Positions 20,874-32,947 of a DNA stretch of 64,000 nt are shown piece by piece. The DNA lies in NCBI GenBank assembly GCA_963700285.1, contig CAVOXA010000001.1:768001-832000 (forward strand), read 5' to 3'. Numbering within the stretch: position 1 is the first letter of the stretch; every line of letters starts with the position of its first letter. The position numbers were made by a program, and so were the translations under genes. This DNA is from an uncultured Chloroflexia bacterium (GTDB taxonomy: Bacteria; Chloroflexota; Anaerolineae; JAAYZQ01). The notes beneath the pieces were generated by a model. That model was not told where the DNA came from, did no database searches, and saw only the letters and a list, made by a program, of their open reading frames with translations.

Positions 20874-22577
20874 TTATCCCTTGATTCGGATGGTCCAGGG
20901 TGCAAGAGCAAAAACCCCCTCGTGCAGCAAGCCTGACAGGCCTGCAATCCACTCGAGTGCGTCGGTAGGGATAGGCTGCGGTACTTGATATCGTTTGGGG
21001 ATGGGGATGTTCACCAAGGCCGCGTAACGATTGGGATCCAGGTCGGCCAGTTCACGGGCCTGGTCTGCGGCAGCCTGCAGATCTCCCAACAGATCCACCA
21101 GCCCATTGGCCACGGCTTGCTCACCGGTCCAAACACGACCCCGGGCAAGGGCTTCTACCTCTTCGTCTGTCATATCGCGACCCTGGGCCACGCGATCCAT
21201 GAACCGGGCGTAGCCGTCGCCGATATCAGACTGGATCTTGAGCCGCTCCTCCGGGCCAAAGGGCGCAACATCGGCGTAGAGACCGGCAGCCTGGCCCCGC
21301 GAGACAACTTCCCGCCCAGCTTGGATCTTTGCAAAGAGGTTCCTTGTGACAATCTTGCCGCCCCAAATGCCGATGGAACCAGTAAGGGTTGCCGCTTGGG
21401 CGACGATAGCATTGGCCGGGGCCGCAACATAGTAGCCGCCGGAGGCGGCCTGGTTGCTCATATAGACCACCACCGGCTTGATCCTTCTGAGGTGATCTAC
21501 CTCGCGCCAAATCAGGTCCGAGGCCAGGGCCGAGCCACCGGGCGAATCCACGTGCAGGACCACAGCCGCAAGATCCTTGTTCTGCGCGGCGGCGCGAAGT
21601 TGCTGGGTGATGGTATCGGATCCGGCCTGGGTCGCGGGCAACGGCAATGGTAGTGGGATGGTAAGGGGTGGCTGACGGCTGGGACCCGGAACAATTGTGC
21701 CCTCCACGGAGATGATGCCGATGTTCCTTCTGCTGTGCCAGCGCCGGGGACGAACCAGCCGTCGCCGAACCTGATCCCAGGTCTGGAGGGCAGCCGGCGC
21801 ATCAGGTGCGCCGAGGTGAACAGGCATTTCGTCCTCATAGCAGACGGCATCCAGGAATCCCACTTCGAGGGCTTGCAGGGACGTCAATGGCGTTTTGTCC
21901 AACAGCTCCATAACCCGGCCTGGTTCGAGGCAGCGTCCCTGAGCGATGGCACCGACGACCTCGGCATATAGGGAGTCGAGGAGCGATTCCAGCATCTCCC
22001 GGTGGGGAGCGGTCATCTCTGACCGGCGGAGCATGTCAGGCGAGACCTTGTATTCAGCGATGGCCTCAAAATCGGCTTCGAGGCCGACCAGGGCCAGCGT
22101 ATCCTTCAGAAAGATGGCTTCGGACCACAGGCCGGCAGCTCGAAAGGGGGCGCTCTCTGGGGCCAGGATCTCATCACAAGCACAGGCCAAATAGTAGGAC
22201 CACATGCTCGGGTCATGAAGGTAGGCCACGGCCCGTTTCCCTGACTCGCGGAAATGGGCAATGGCTTGCCGCAGGCTGCCAAGCGTGGCCGGGCCGGCTT
22301 GTAAGCCAGAAACGACAAGGACCACGCCTTCGACCCGCGGGTCGAAGGCCAGACGCTCCAGCGCGGTGGTCAAGTACTCGACGCTAGGGGGCGGGGGCGG
22401 CCAGGGCAGCAAAGACAGTGGAAAAGGACGTCGTGACTGGGGGGTCCGCTCCGGAAAGCTACCCGTGAGGTTCAAGACGACATAATCCATCCCCCGGCGC
22501 CGGAGCAGGCGCAGACGATTGGTCAGGATCAAACCCGCACTACGGAACAGATCGGAGATGAGGATCCGTTCGGCCAT
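20874..22577 (-). CDS. sppA: Signal peptide peptidase SppA, long form
   Basis: EYKVSPD, VDSPGGSALASD, AASGGYY, TGSIG, GRVWTGEQA. Confidence 0.92.
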   Translation of the reverse strand: MAERILISDLFRSAGLILTNRLRLLRRRGMDYVVLNLTGSFPERTPQSRRPFPLSLLPWPPPPPSVEYLTTALERLAFDPRVEGVVLVVSGLQAGPATLGSLRQAIAHFRESGKRAVAYLHDPSMWSYYLACACDEILAPESAPFRAAGLWSEAIFLKDTLALVGLEADFEAIAEYKVSPDMLRRSEMTAPHREMLESLLDSLYAEVVGAIAQGRCLEPGRVMELLDKTPLTSLQALEVGFLDAVCYEDEMPVHLGAPDAPAALQTWDQVRRRLVRPRRWHSRRNIGIISVEGTIVPGPSRQPPLTIPLPLPLPATQAGSDTITQQLRAAAQNKDLAAVVLHVDSPGGSALASDLIWREVDHLRRIKPVVVYMSNQAASGGYYVAAPANAIVAQAATLTGSIGIWGGKIVTRNLFAKIQAGREVVSRGQAAGLYADVAPFGPEERLKIQSDIGDGYARFMDRVAQGRDMTDEEVEALARGRVWTGEQAVANGLVDLLGDLQAAADQARELADLDPNRYAALVNIPIPKRYQVPQPIPTDALEWIAGLSGLLHEGVFALAPWTIRIKG

Positions 22578-22612
22578 GATGCCTCCGTCTAGGTTGTTGC
22601 GGAATCGAGCGC

Positions 22613-22641
22613 ATTATAGCCGGAAATGGAAGTCGTGACAA
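22613..22641 (-). promoter_or_regulatory. Putative sigma70 promoter for sppA-ggt
   Basis: Minus strand TTGTCA-17 bp-TATAAT. Confidence 0.65.
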
Positions 22642-22857
22642 CCTGAGTCCTGCCCGGCGCAGCGGTCTTGCTTATGACCAGATTGGCAAAAACCGGAGAT
22701 CCCCGTGGAGGATCTCCTCGATCGGGGGGCTCAGGCGGCGTCCGGGCGGATTGGGGTCTTGACAGATGGGTCTGCATCTGATATTGTTCTATTGGTCATG
22801 GCCCCGGCGTGGCATCTAGGCTATCATCATTCCGTATGCCAAAGGAGGCAGTGTAAC

Positions 22858-23412
22858 ATGAACGCTATCGTCATCAGTTCGAGCCCCAACGTGGATGGCT
22901 TGACCGCCGCCTGTGCCAGCGCCGCGGTAGAAGGCATAGTACGGGCGGGTGGGCGGGCCGAAGAGGTGCGACTCAATGACTTGAAGATTGGGATCTGTGA
23001 GGCCTGCGATAATGGTTGGGGGACCTGCCGGACCGACCACGAGTGTCAGGTAGAGGATGATTTTCAGGCATTGCACGCGCGCGTATTGCAGGCCGAGGGC
23101 CTTGTGCTCGTCACGCCTGTTTACTGGCATGAGATGAGCGAATCAGCCAAGGCTTTTGCCGACCGGCTGCGGCGCTGCGAGGCGACCAAGGGCGACGAGA
23201 GCGGTCTGTCTGGCAAGCCGGTGATAGCTGTGGCGGCGGCTGGTGGCAGCGGCAACGGTATGATCACCTGCCTATTCAGCATGGAACGCTGGATCGAGCA
23301 CGTTCGGGCGCGCAAGTTTGATTTTATCCCGGTCAACCGCTGGAACCGGCCCTACAAACTGACAGCCATCAGTGAGGCGGCGCAGGCTATGGCACGGGAA
23401 CCGCTTGGGTGA
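22858..23412 (+). CDS. Flavodoxin-like iron-sulfur flavoprotein (NADPH-dependent FMN reductase/Isf family)
   Basis: ISSSPN, CEACDNGWGTC...C cluster, DDFQ, TPVYW; AAGGAGG SD. Confidence 0.85.
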   Translation: MNAIVISSSPNVDGLTAACASAAVEGIVRAGGRAEEVRLNDLKIGICEACDNGWGTCRTDHECQVEDDFQALHARVLQAEGLVLVTPVYWHEMSESAKAFADRLRRCEATKGDESGLSGKPVIAVAAAGGSGNGMITCLFSMERWIEHVRARKFDFIPVNRWNRPYKLTAISEAAQAMAREPLG

Positions 23413-24260
23413 CCGGCCGTGTCGAGGCGATTCTGCTGGGTACCGCCCAGGATGGGGGAGTGCCCCAGGTTGGATGCTACTGTGTCCATTGTGCGCGTGC
23501 GCGCGAAAACCCTGCAGAGCGCAGGTGGGTCTCCTGTCTGGGACTGGTGGACCATGGCAACTGCCATTCCTGGCTGATCGATGCTACGCCTGATCTGCGG
23601 GAGCAGGTGCATGCCCTGCAGGAGTATGTACCCAATTGCCCGCTGGCCGGGATTGCGCTGACCCACGCTCACGTGGGTCACTATGCAGGCCTGATCCATT
23701 TGGGGCGCGAAGCCTGGGACAGACGAGACCTGCCCGTGTACGTCTCGGCACGGATGGCCGCCTTCCTGGCTGAGAACGCACCCTGGTCTCAGCTAATTGC
23801 CCTGGGCAATATCAAGCCCTGTATCGTCAAAGCTGGTCACGAAACCGCGCTCAGCTCCAATCTGCACCTTCTGCCCGTGAAGGTACCGCATCGCGACGAG
23901 TTCAGCGACACGATGGCTTTCGTAGTATCTGGCCCTGCCCGGGGGCTGTTCTACTGCCCCGACACAGACGGCTGGGACGGCTGGGACCGAGACCTGAAGT
24001 GTCTTGTGTCTGGGCTCGACGTAGCCCTGTTGGATGGTACGTTCTACAGCGCTGACGAGTTGCCACGGAGGGATCTGAGCCAGATCCCCCATCCCTTCGC
24101 GACCGATACTGCCCAAAGGCTCGACGGGGTGGACTGTGAGGTGAAGTTGATCCACATGAATCACAGCAACCCGCTGTACACTACGGGTCCTGAGAGGGAC
24201 TGGCTGGCAGCGAAGGGGATTGGGGTGGGCGCCTTGGGCGACCGGTGGAGGTTGGACTGA
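23409..24260 (+). CDS. Metallo-beta-lactamase fold protein, PqqB-like
   Basis: LGTAQDGGVPQ.GC.C..C, THAHVGH, LDGTFY, IHMNHSNP; GTGA overlap with upstream gene. Confidence 0.85.
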   Translation: MTGRVEAILLGTAQDGGVPQVGCYCVHCARARENPAERRWVSCLGLVDHGNCHSWLIDATPDLREQVHALQEYVPNCPLAGIALTHAHVGHYAGLIHLGREAWDRRDLPVYVSARMAAFLAENAPWSQLIALGNIKPCIVKAGHETALSSNLHLLPVKVPHRDEFSDTMAFVVSGPARGLFYCPDTDGWDGWDRDLKCLVSGLDVALLDGTFYSADELPRRDLSQIPHPFATDTAQRLDGVDCEVKLIHMNHSNPLYTTGPERDWLAAKGIGVGALGDRWRLD

Positions 24261-24349
24261 CCTTTCCGGTATTGCCTTGACGCCATCGCGAGACATACTG
24301 TATGGGCGCGGATGGCGCTGTAGAGAGAGAGGAAAGGAGTCCAGCGCCA

Positions 24350-26347
24350 CTATTCTTTTGTGATCTTGTAAGAGTAGGCCGTTGGGTCTGTCGTCACTGG
24401 AGCCAGCGCCGAGATGACCAGTACAGCCTCGTCAGTCCGCTGGCCAAGTCTGGGTATGGTCATTCTCCCACGATTCTGTTCGTCGAGGACCATCCGCCGT
24501 ACCCGCGTGTCAGGGCCAAGGGTGATCAACTGGACCAGATAGTCTTGGGGTACCTCGTCGCCTACGCGCAGCCAACCCTGGGATTGCCAGCCGCCGTCGC
24601 CCACTTCGGCATCGTAGCTGTAGCCCAATTCGGGTATAGAGATATCATCCACGGCCAGCCCTGGATAATTCAGTGCCTCGTCCGTGATCACCTCGAAGCG
24701 GACGAGTACCTGCTGGCCAGCATGGGGCCCAAGATCAAAGCTCTCCTCTACCCAGCGCGCTTCATCCCGGCCGCCGCTGGCGCCTGTGAACCCTGGACCA
24801 TAACTATTGCCGCTAGGATTGGTGATGGTTGTGTGCTGGTTTGCCAGAATATCCCACGTCTTGCCCCCATCGGCCGAGACCTCAACGTAGGCATAGTCAT
24901 AGTCTGTTTCCAGGTTGTACCACATCCAGGCCTTGAGGGTAGCGCTTTCCAGGTTGCTCAGATCAAAGGCCCGGGTGAGGGTGACGTCGCCGTCGTCACC
25001 CCGGTTTGACCACCATTGGTATTCCCCGCTGTGTACCTCGTTGCCGATCAAGGGGACAACGGTGCTTCCCTCGAACTCGATGGTGAGATCCCCCTCCCCC
25101 TCCAGGAGGATATAGTCAGCCGCATATTGGTGGATGGTCGCTTGCTTCTGGACCGGGTATCTATTGTGGCGCGCTGCGTAGCGTGGCTGCTCGATGCTCA
25201 GGGATGGGTAGCCATAGCGCCCAGCAGCCGGATGTGGGCTATCGAGATAAGTTGGCGACCAACCAGTCGGCAAAAAGATCCTCGAAAGCTCTGTTGACCG
25301 TCGCCTATTGAGGCCAGTACGGCATCAAAGCCGGCGATTCCATTTTCCTGTTCGGCGACCAGCTGCTGGACTGCTTCCTCGCCGTAGCCGTTCCAAAAAG
25401 TATGCCAAGAAAAGATAGCTGGCGCCATAATGGGGCGCAGAGTCGTCAAGCGCGGTCCAGGCGGTCAATTGCGTATCCGGGGTCAAGCTGTATGCATAGT
25501 CTGAGCCCCCCACATCGTAGCCATTGACCTGGGCGGCCAACTCCGATAGGCCTTCGTTGACCCAGGTATCCTCATTCCGGTCCTGGGCCCAGTGGATCAT
25601 GTGCTGGAACTCGTGGGCCAGGATGCCGTCAAAGTAATCGCTGCCTGGCATGGCATTCTCCAGGTTGATGTAGAACATCTCGTGCTCGTTGGAGTGGGGC
25701 CTCACCAGGGTCGAGTATTCATCAGGACCGGAATAGTAGCCACCCACTCCCGGGACGTCGCCCAGAAAGATGTAAACATGGGGATCTCCATCTATGCCGG
25801 GGACCCATTCGCTGCCAAAATAACGGCGGTTGGTAGGGTAGGTTTGATTCTCGAATCTATCTGCCGAGTGCGCCAAAGACTCGGATGGAACATCATAGGC
25901 CTCTTCGATCCACCAGTATGCGTGGGGAGTCTCGTAGCGCAGGACGGCTGTCGAGGTGAAGAAGCTGTTCTCCGCGACGTTGTGAACCCAGAATACAAGC
26001 TCGTCGCCCACGACATAGTCGGGTGGACTGGTCGTGGTTGGGGTTGCTTGGGCCTCGGTGATACCCTGCAGGCGCCGGGCCAAAGCATGCAGATCTCGCT
26101 CAGGAATGGAGGCGTGCTCTGCCACACGGGCAGTTTCGCGCCCGGACGGGATAGGGGCATGGCGAACGAGGGCCAGCGCCGGTGTCGGTTCCTCGATTAC
26201 CAGAGAATCGGCAGGACTGGCATAGATTGCGCCATCGCTCCACCATAGGATTCCGGCAGCGCCACAGACAGTGAGGCAAGTACAGGCCACGGCGGCCAAG
26301 GCCATGCTCAGGGTGATAAACCAAATTGGTCGTTTCATGGGACTCAT
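24350..26347 (-). CDS. Membrane-anchored zinc metallopeptidase, immune inhibitor A/M6-like (frameshifts at ~25250-25390)
   Basis: LAHEFQHMIH zinc motif, WVNEGLSE, C-terminal YNLETDYDYAYVEVS.DGG.TW domain. Confidence 0.82.
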
Positions 26348-26380
26348 TTCCAGGCTAGATTGGCTGGTACACTAGCCATC

Positions 26381-26419
26381 AAACAGAATGCAGGGCGCCT
26401 GCTTGGCAGGGCCCTGCAT
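26381..26419 (-). terminator. Intrinsic terminator downstream of ftsH
   Basis: Minus strand ATGCAGGGCCCTGC-CAA-GCAGGCGCCCTGCAT followed by TCTGTTT. Confidence 0.65.
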
Positions 26420-26526
26420 CCGAATCGGTGAGCGGTCTGACAACTGTACAGGCAGTTCATTGCAGCGTAGAGCTAGGTGGGCGGTCGCTTCTTGCCCTGG
26501 CAAAGGTCTGGACCCAGATTTTGCGG

Positions 26527-28367
<1,841 letters not shown>

Positions 28368-28382
28368 TTGTGTGCGGTGGGT

Positions 28383-28411
28383 AGTCTAGCATAGAGACTA
28401 TGTCATGTCAA
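28383..28411 (-). promoter_or_regulatory. Putative sigma70 promoter for ftsH
   Basis: Minus strand TTGACA-17 bp-TAGACT with extended TG. Confidence 0.65.
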
Positions 28412-28575
28412 GTAAGGTTGTTCACCTTCGTTGAGAACTCGTTTCTGGAGAAGCCGAGACTGACGTCTTTTGCAAAGATGTCTGACAATTTCGCAAAGCT
28501 GGATATAATAGGGATCAATCAAGACGGTGTGCCTTGTGCAGCGAGGTCCGCTGCGGCAGGGTGTACCGGGTCACA

Positions 28576-28909
28576 GGCTGTGACGGAGAAGAGTAGGCGG
28601 GGGACAGCCCCCAGGGAGGCAGGGTCAGGGACTGAAAGCCCTGCCGGGAAAGAACCCGCTGAAGTTCGCTCCTGAGCCGACGGGTGAAATGGCAGTCTCG
28701 ATACATGATTCGCTCAGTAGTGCTGACCAAGTAGTCCGCTCCGGAAGCCCACCGTTAGCGGGGCAGCCGATCGCGGCATGATCCCTCCTGGAGATGGAGG
28801 CGGCGCTGCCGCTGCCGGTGCATGAGAGGGCCGGCCTAGGGCCGGCCAACCAGGGTGGTACCGCGGGAGTGATACGCTCTCGTCCCTGAAGGGGCGAGAG
28901 CGTTTGTTT
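28576..28909 (+). ncRNA. Phe-specific T-box riboswitch (transcriptional) upstream of pheS
   Basis: Stem I with GAAGAGTAG, AGGGAG and GACTGAAAG motifs; specifier TTC at 28665-28667; T-box AACCAGGGTGGTACCGCG at 28848-28865; terminator ACGCTCTCGTCCC-TGAA-GGGGCGAGAGCGT-TTGTTT; TATAAT at 28504. Confidence 0.92.
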
Positions 28910-28948
28910 GGCGGTGGGATTCTGGATTTCGGATCATTTGGAGGCCTT

Positions 28949-29979
<1,031 letters not shown>

Positions 29980-30024
29980 ATCTGCGTCAGGTGCGGTATC
30001 TCCCTTGTACAGGAGAGCATGAGC

Positions 30025-32541
30025 ATGAAAGTACCCATAAGCTGGCTGAAGGACTATGTGGACATCACCGTGCCCCTGGAGGACCTGGCCGAGCGTTTGA
30101 CCCTGGCCGGGTCTGGAGGTGGCTGCCATCGAGCGTATCGGCGACTGGTGGGATCGGGAGAAGATCGTGGTGGGTGAGGTGCTGGAGGTTCGGCCTCATC
30201 CCAACGCCGACCGGCTGGTGCTGGTCGACGTGGACTATGGTGGGGGCGAGGTCGAGCAGTGCGTCACAGGCGCTCCCAATCTCTTTCCCTACAGAGGTGC
30301 TGGGCGGGTGAGCCTCAAGGTGGCCTTTGCCATGGAGGGCGCCGAGCTGTACGATGGCCACAAGGATGGTTTCGTCAAGACCCGCCTCAAGCGGACCAAG
30401 ATCCGGGGCGTTCCATCGCGGGCGATGGTCTGCTCGGAGAAGGAACTGGGTATCTCGGAGGAGCACGAGGGCATCATGTTCCTGCCGGACGATGCGCCGG
30501 TCGGGCAGCCGCTGGCCGACTATCTGGGCGACGCGGTCCTCGACCTGGACCTGACGCCCAATCTGGCCCGCTGTTTCAGCATGATCGGCGTGGCCCGCGA
30601 GGTCGCCGCGCTGACAGGCGTTGCGCTGCGCTATCCTGACACCGACTGGCAGGCCGATGGCCCGCCGGCCGTCGATGCTGGCTCGCGTCGAGATCGAGGA
30701 CCCCAGACCTGTGCGCTCGCTATATCGCCACCATCATCCGTGATGTGGAGATCGGCCCCTCGCCCCAGTGGATGCAGGACCGGGTACGCAGGGCTGGGAT
30801 GCGGCCCATCAGCAACATCGTCGATATCACCAACTATGTGATGCTAGAATGGGGCCAGCCGCTCCACGCCTTTGACTATGACAAACTTGCTGGCCCGAGC
30901 TGGAGGCGCCGTACCGACCATCATCGTCCGGCGCGCCAAGCCAGGCGAAGCCATGATGACCCTCGACGGCGTGGAGCGGACCTTTAACGAGGACACGCTG
31001 CTGATCTGCGATACGGCTGGGCCCATGGCCGTGGCGGGCGTAATGGGCGGCTTTGAGACCGAGATCGACGAGGAACACCGCAACATCCTGCTGGAGTCGG
31101 CCAACTTTGACTTTATCAGCATCCGGCGTACCACACAGGCACTGCAAGCTGCCCAGCGAGGCTAGCCTGCGCTTTGGCAAGGGGATTCACCCGGCGTTGT
31201 CCGAACCAGCGGCACGGCGGGCCAGTGAGTTGATGCGCGTTCTGGCCGGCGGAATCATTGCCCAGGGCATGGTCGATGCCTATCCGGCTCCACCGGAACC
31301 AGTGGTCATCGATCTGACTGCGGCTGAGGTCGAGCGCAATCTGGGTATCCCCTTGAATGTCGAGGAGATCGCGGCCATCTTGCGAGTCACTGGAGTTCCA
31401 CTGCGAACCGGTGGGGGACGAGAGCCTGCGTGTCACGGTGCCCGATCATCGCTTGGACTGCACGTATCCGGCAGATCTCATCGAGGAGGTTGCGCGGATC
31501 TATGGCTACGATCGCATCCCGGTGACCGAGATGGCTGACCGGCTTCCGCCGCAGCGGTCCAATCGCAACCTGGATCTGGAGGAGGAGGTTCGCGACGTGC
31601 TGGTAGGCTGCGGCTTGCAGGAGACAGTTACCTATTCTCTCACCAGCCTGACCCGGGAGGCGGCCCTCGACCCGGCCATTGCTGTTGAGCATCTGCCAAC
31701 CTGAGACCTATGTTGCCCTCGCCAACCCCATCACCCAGGAGCGGTCGGTGATGCGTCGTAGCCTTCTGCCCTACGGCTCTGGAGACAGCGGCCGCCAACC
31801 TGCGTTTCCGAGAACGGCGTAGAGATCTTTGAGGTAGGCAAGGTCTTTTTGCAGGAGCCTGGCGAGGAACTGCCTGACGAACCGCCCGTCTGTCCATCGT
31901 GATGGCTGGTTTCCGTGACAGGCGTCATTGGCTTGCGAGTGGGGATTCAGGCGATGCGGCCCATGAATCGCGGCAGAGGCTCGACTTTTTTGACCTGAAG
32001 GGTGTCGTGGAGACCCTACTGGAACGGCTGCACCTGACGGAGGCGGTCTATCGAGCCGGTGGAACATCCGACCTTCCAGCCAGGTCGTACGGCTTGCCTG
32101 GTTGTCGGTGATGTAGAGATCGGGGTTTTGGGAGAGCTGCACCCTGCCGTGCGCGATGCCTTTGGCCTGCCGGACTGGCGCGTGGCTGCTGCTGAGCTGG
32201 ACCTGGAGGCATTGTTGGCCCAGGCACCCACCACTTGGCTGGTCGAGCCGATTTCGGCCTATCCTGCTGTGCTTCAAGACCTGGCTGTTGTGGTGGATGA
32301 TAAAGTGCCGGCTGCAGAGGTCCAGGATCTCATCACCAAGACCGGAGGCTTCTTGCTCAAGGACGTGCGGCTGTTTGACGTTTATCGAGGGGATCCCGTG
32401 CCGGCAGGGAAAAAGAGCCTGGCCTATGCGCTCACCTTTCAGGCGCCCGACAAGACGCTGCGCGATGCGGTTGTGGCCAAACAGGTGAAGCATATCGCCG
32501 ACCGGTTGAGGCAGGAGTTGGGGGCCGAGCTGCGCGGATAG
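30025..32541 (+). CDS. pheT: Phenylalanine-tRNA ligase beta subunit (multiple frameshifts)
   Basis: [77 protein letters not shown]. Confidence 0.95.
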
Positions 32542-32565
32542 CTGTTCCTGGCCTTCACTGACTGG

Positions 32566-32607
32566 AAACAGGCGCCCACGACGCGAGCGGTCGTGGGTGC
32601 TTGTCTT
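32566..32607 (+). terminator. Probable terminator after pheT
   Basis: ACAGGCGCCCACGAC...GTCGTGGGTGCTTGT followed by CTT. Confidence 0.6.
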
Positions 32608-32947
32608 GTACCATTGCCCCCAGCCCTAGCCTGAAACTCGAGTGACAGGGCACATGTCCCCTAACAGAATGGGTGGTGCGGAATGGGCGAGACGGGCAGC
32701 TTGTCTGCTGGAAACGACGTGCCTTGTGTGCCTCTGCTGGACGCCGTGTATGTCGCGGCCTGAACGAGAACCTCAAGACCATATGTAGGCCCGGGACGAC
32801 CATCGTTCTGATCATGAAGGCGAACAGCGCGTATCAGATCGCCACACTTTGCATACCGGACCATCGATGGTATAATGGAATGCACACGATCTCGCACAGA
32901 GGCGTTGACGACAGCCTCCCAGATTGGCGCAAGTGGACAGGCGATTT

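Noticed and set aside
23409-24260. PQQ or RiPP biosynthesis cluster
   Set aside because: No PqqA-like precursor, PqqC, PqqD or PqqE nearby; the radical SAM at 35.4 kb is PflX-like and distant
32608-32947. Intergenic region after pheT as an ncRNA or small ORF
   Set aside because: No recognisable RNA family motif or convincing SD-led ORF; explained by a terminator and a promoter
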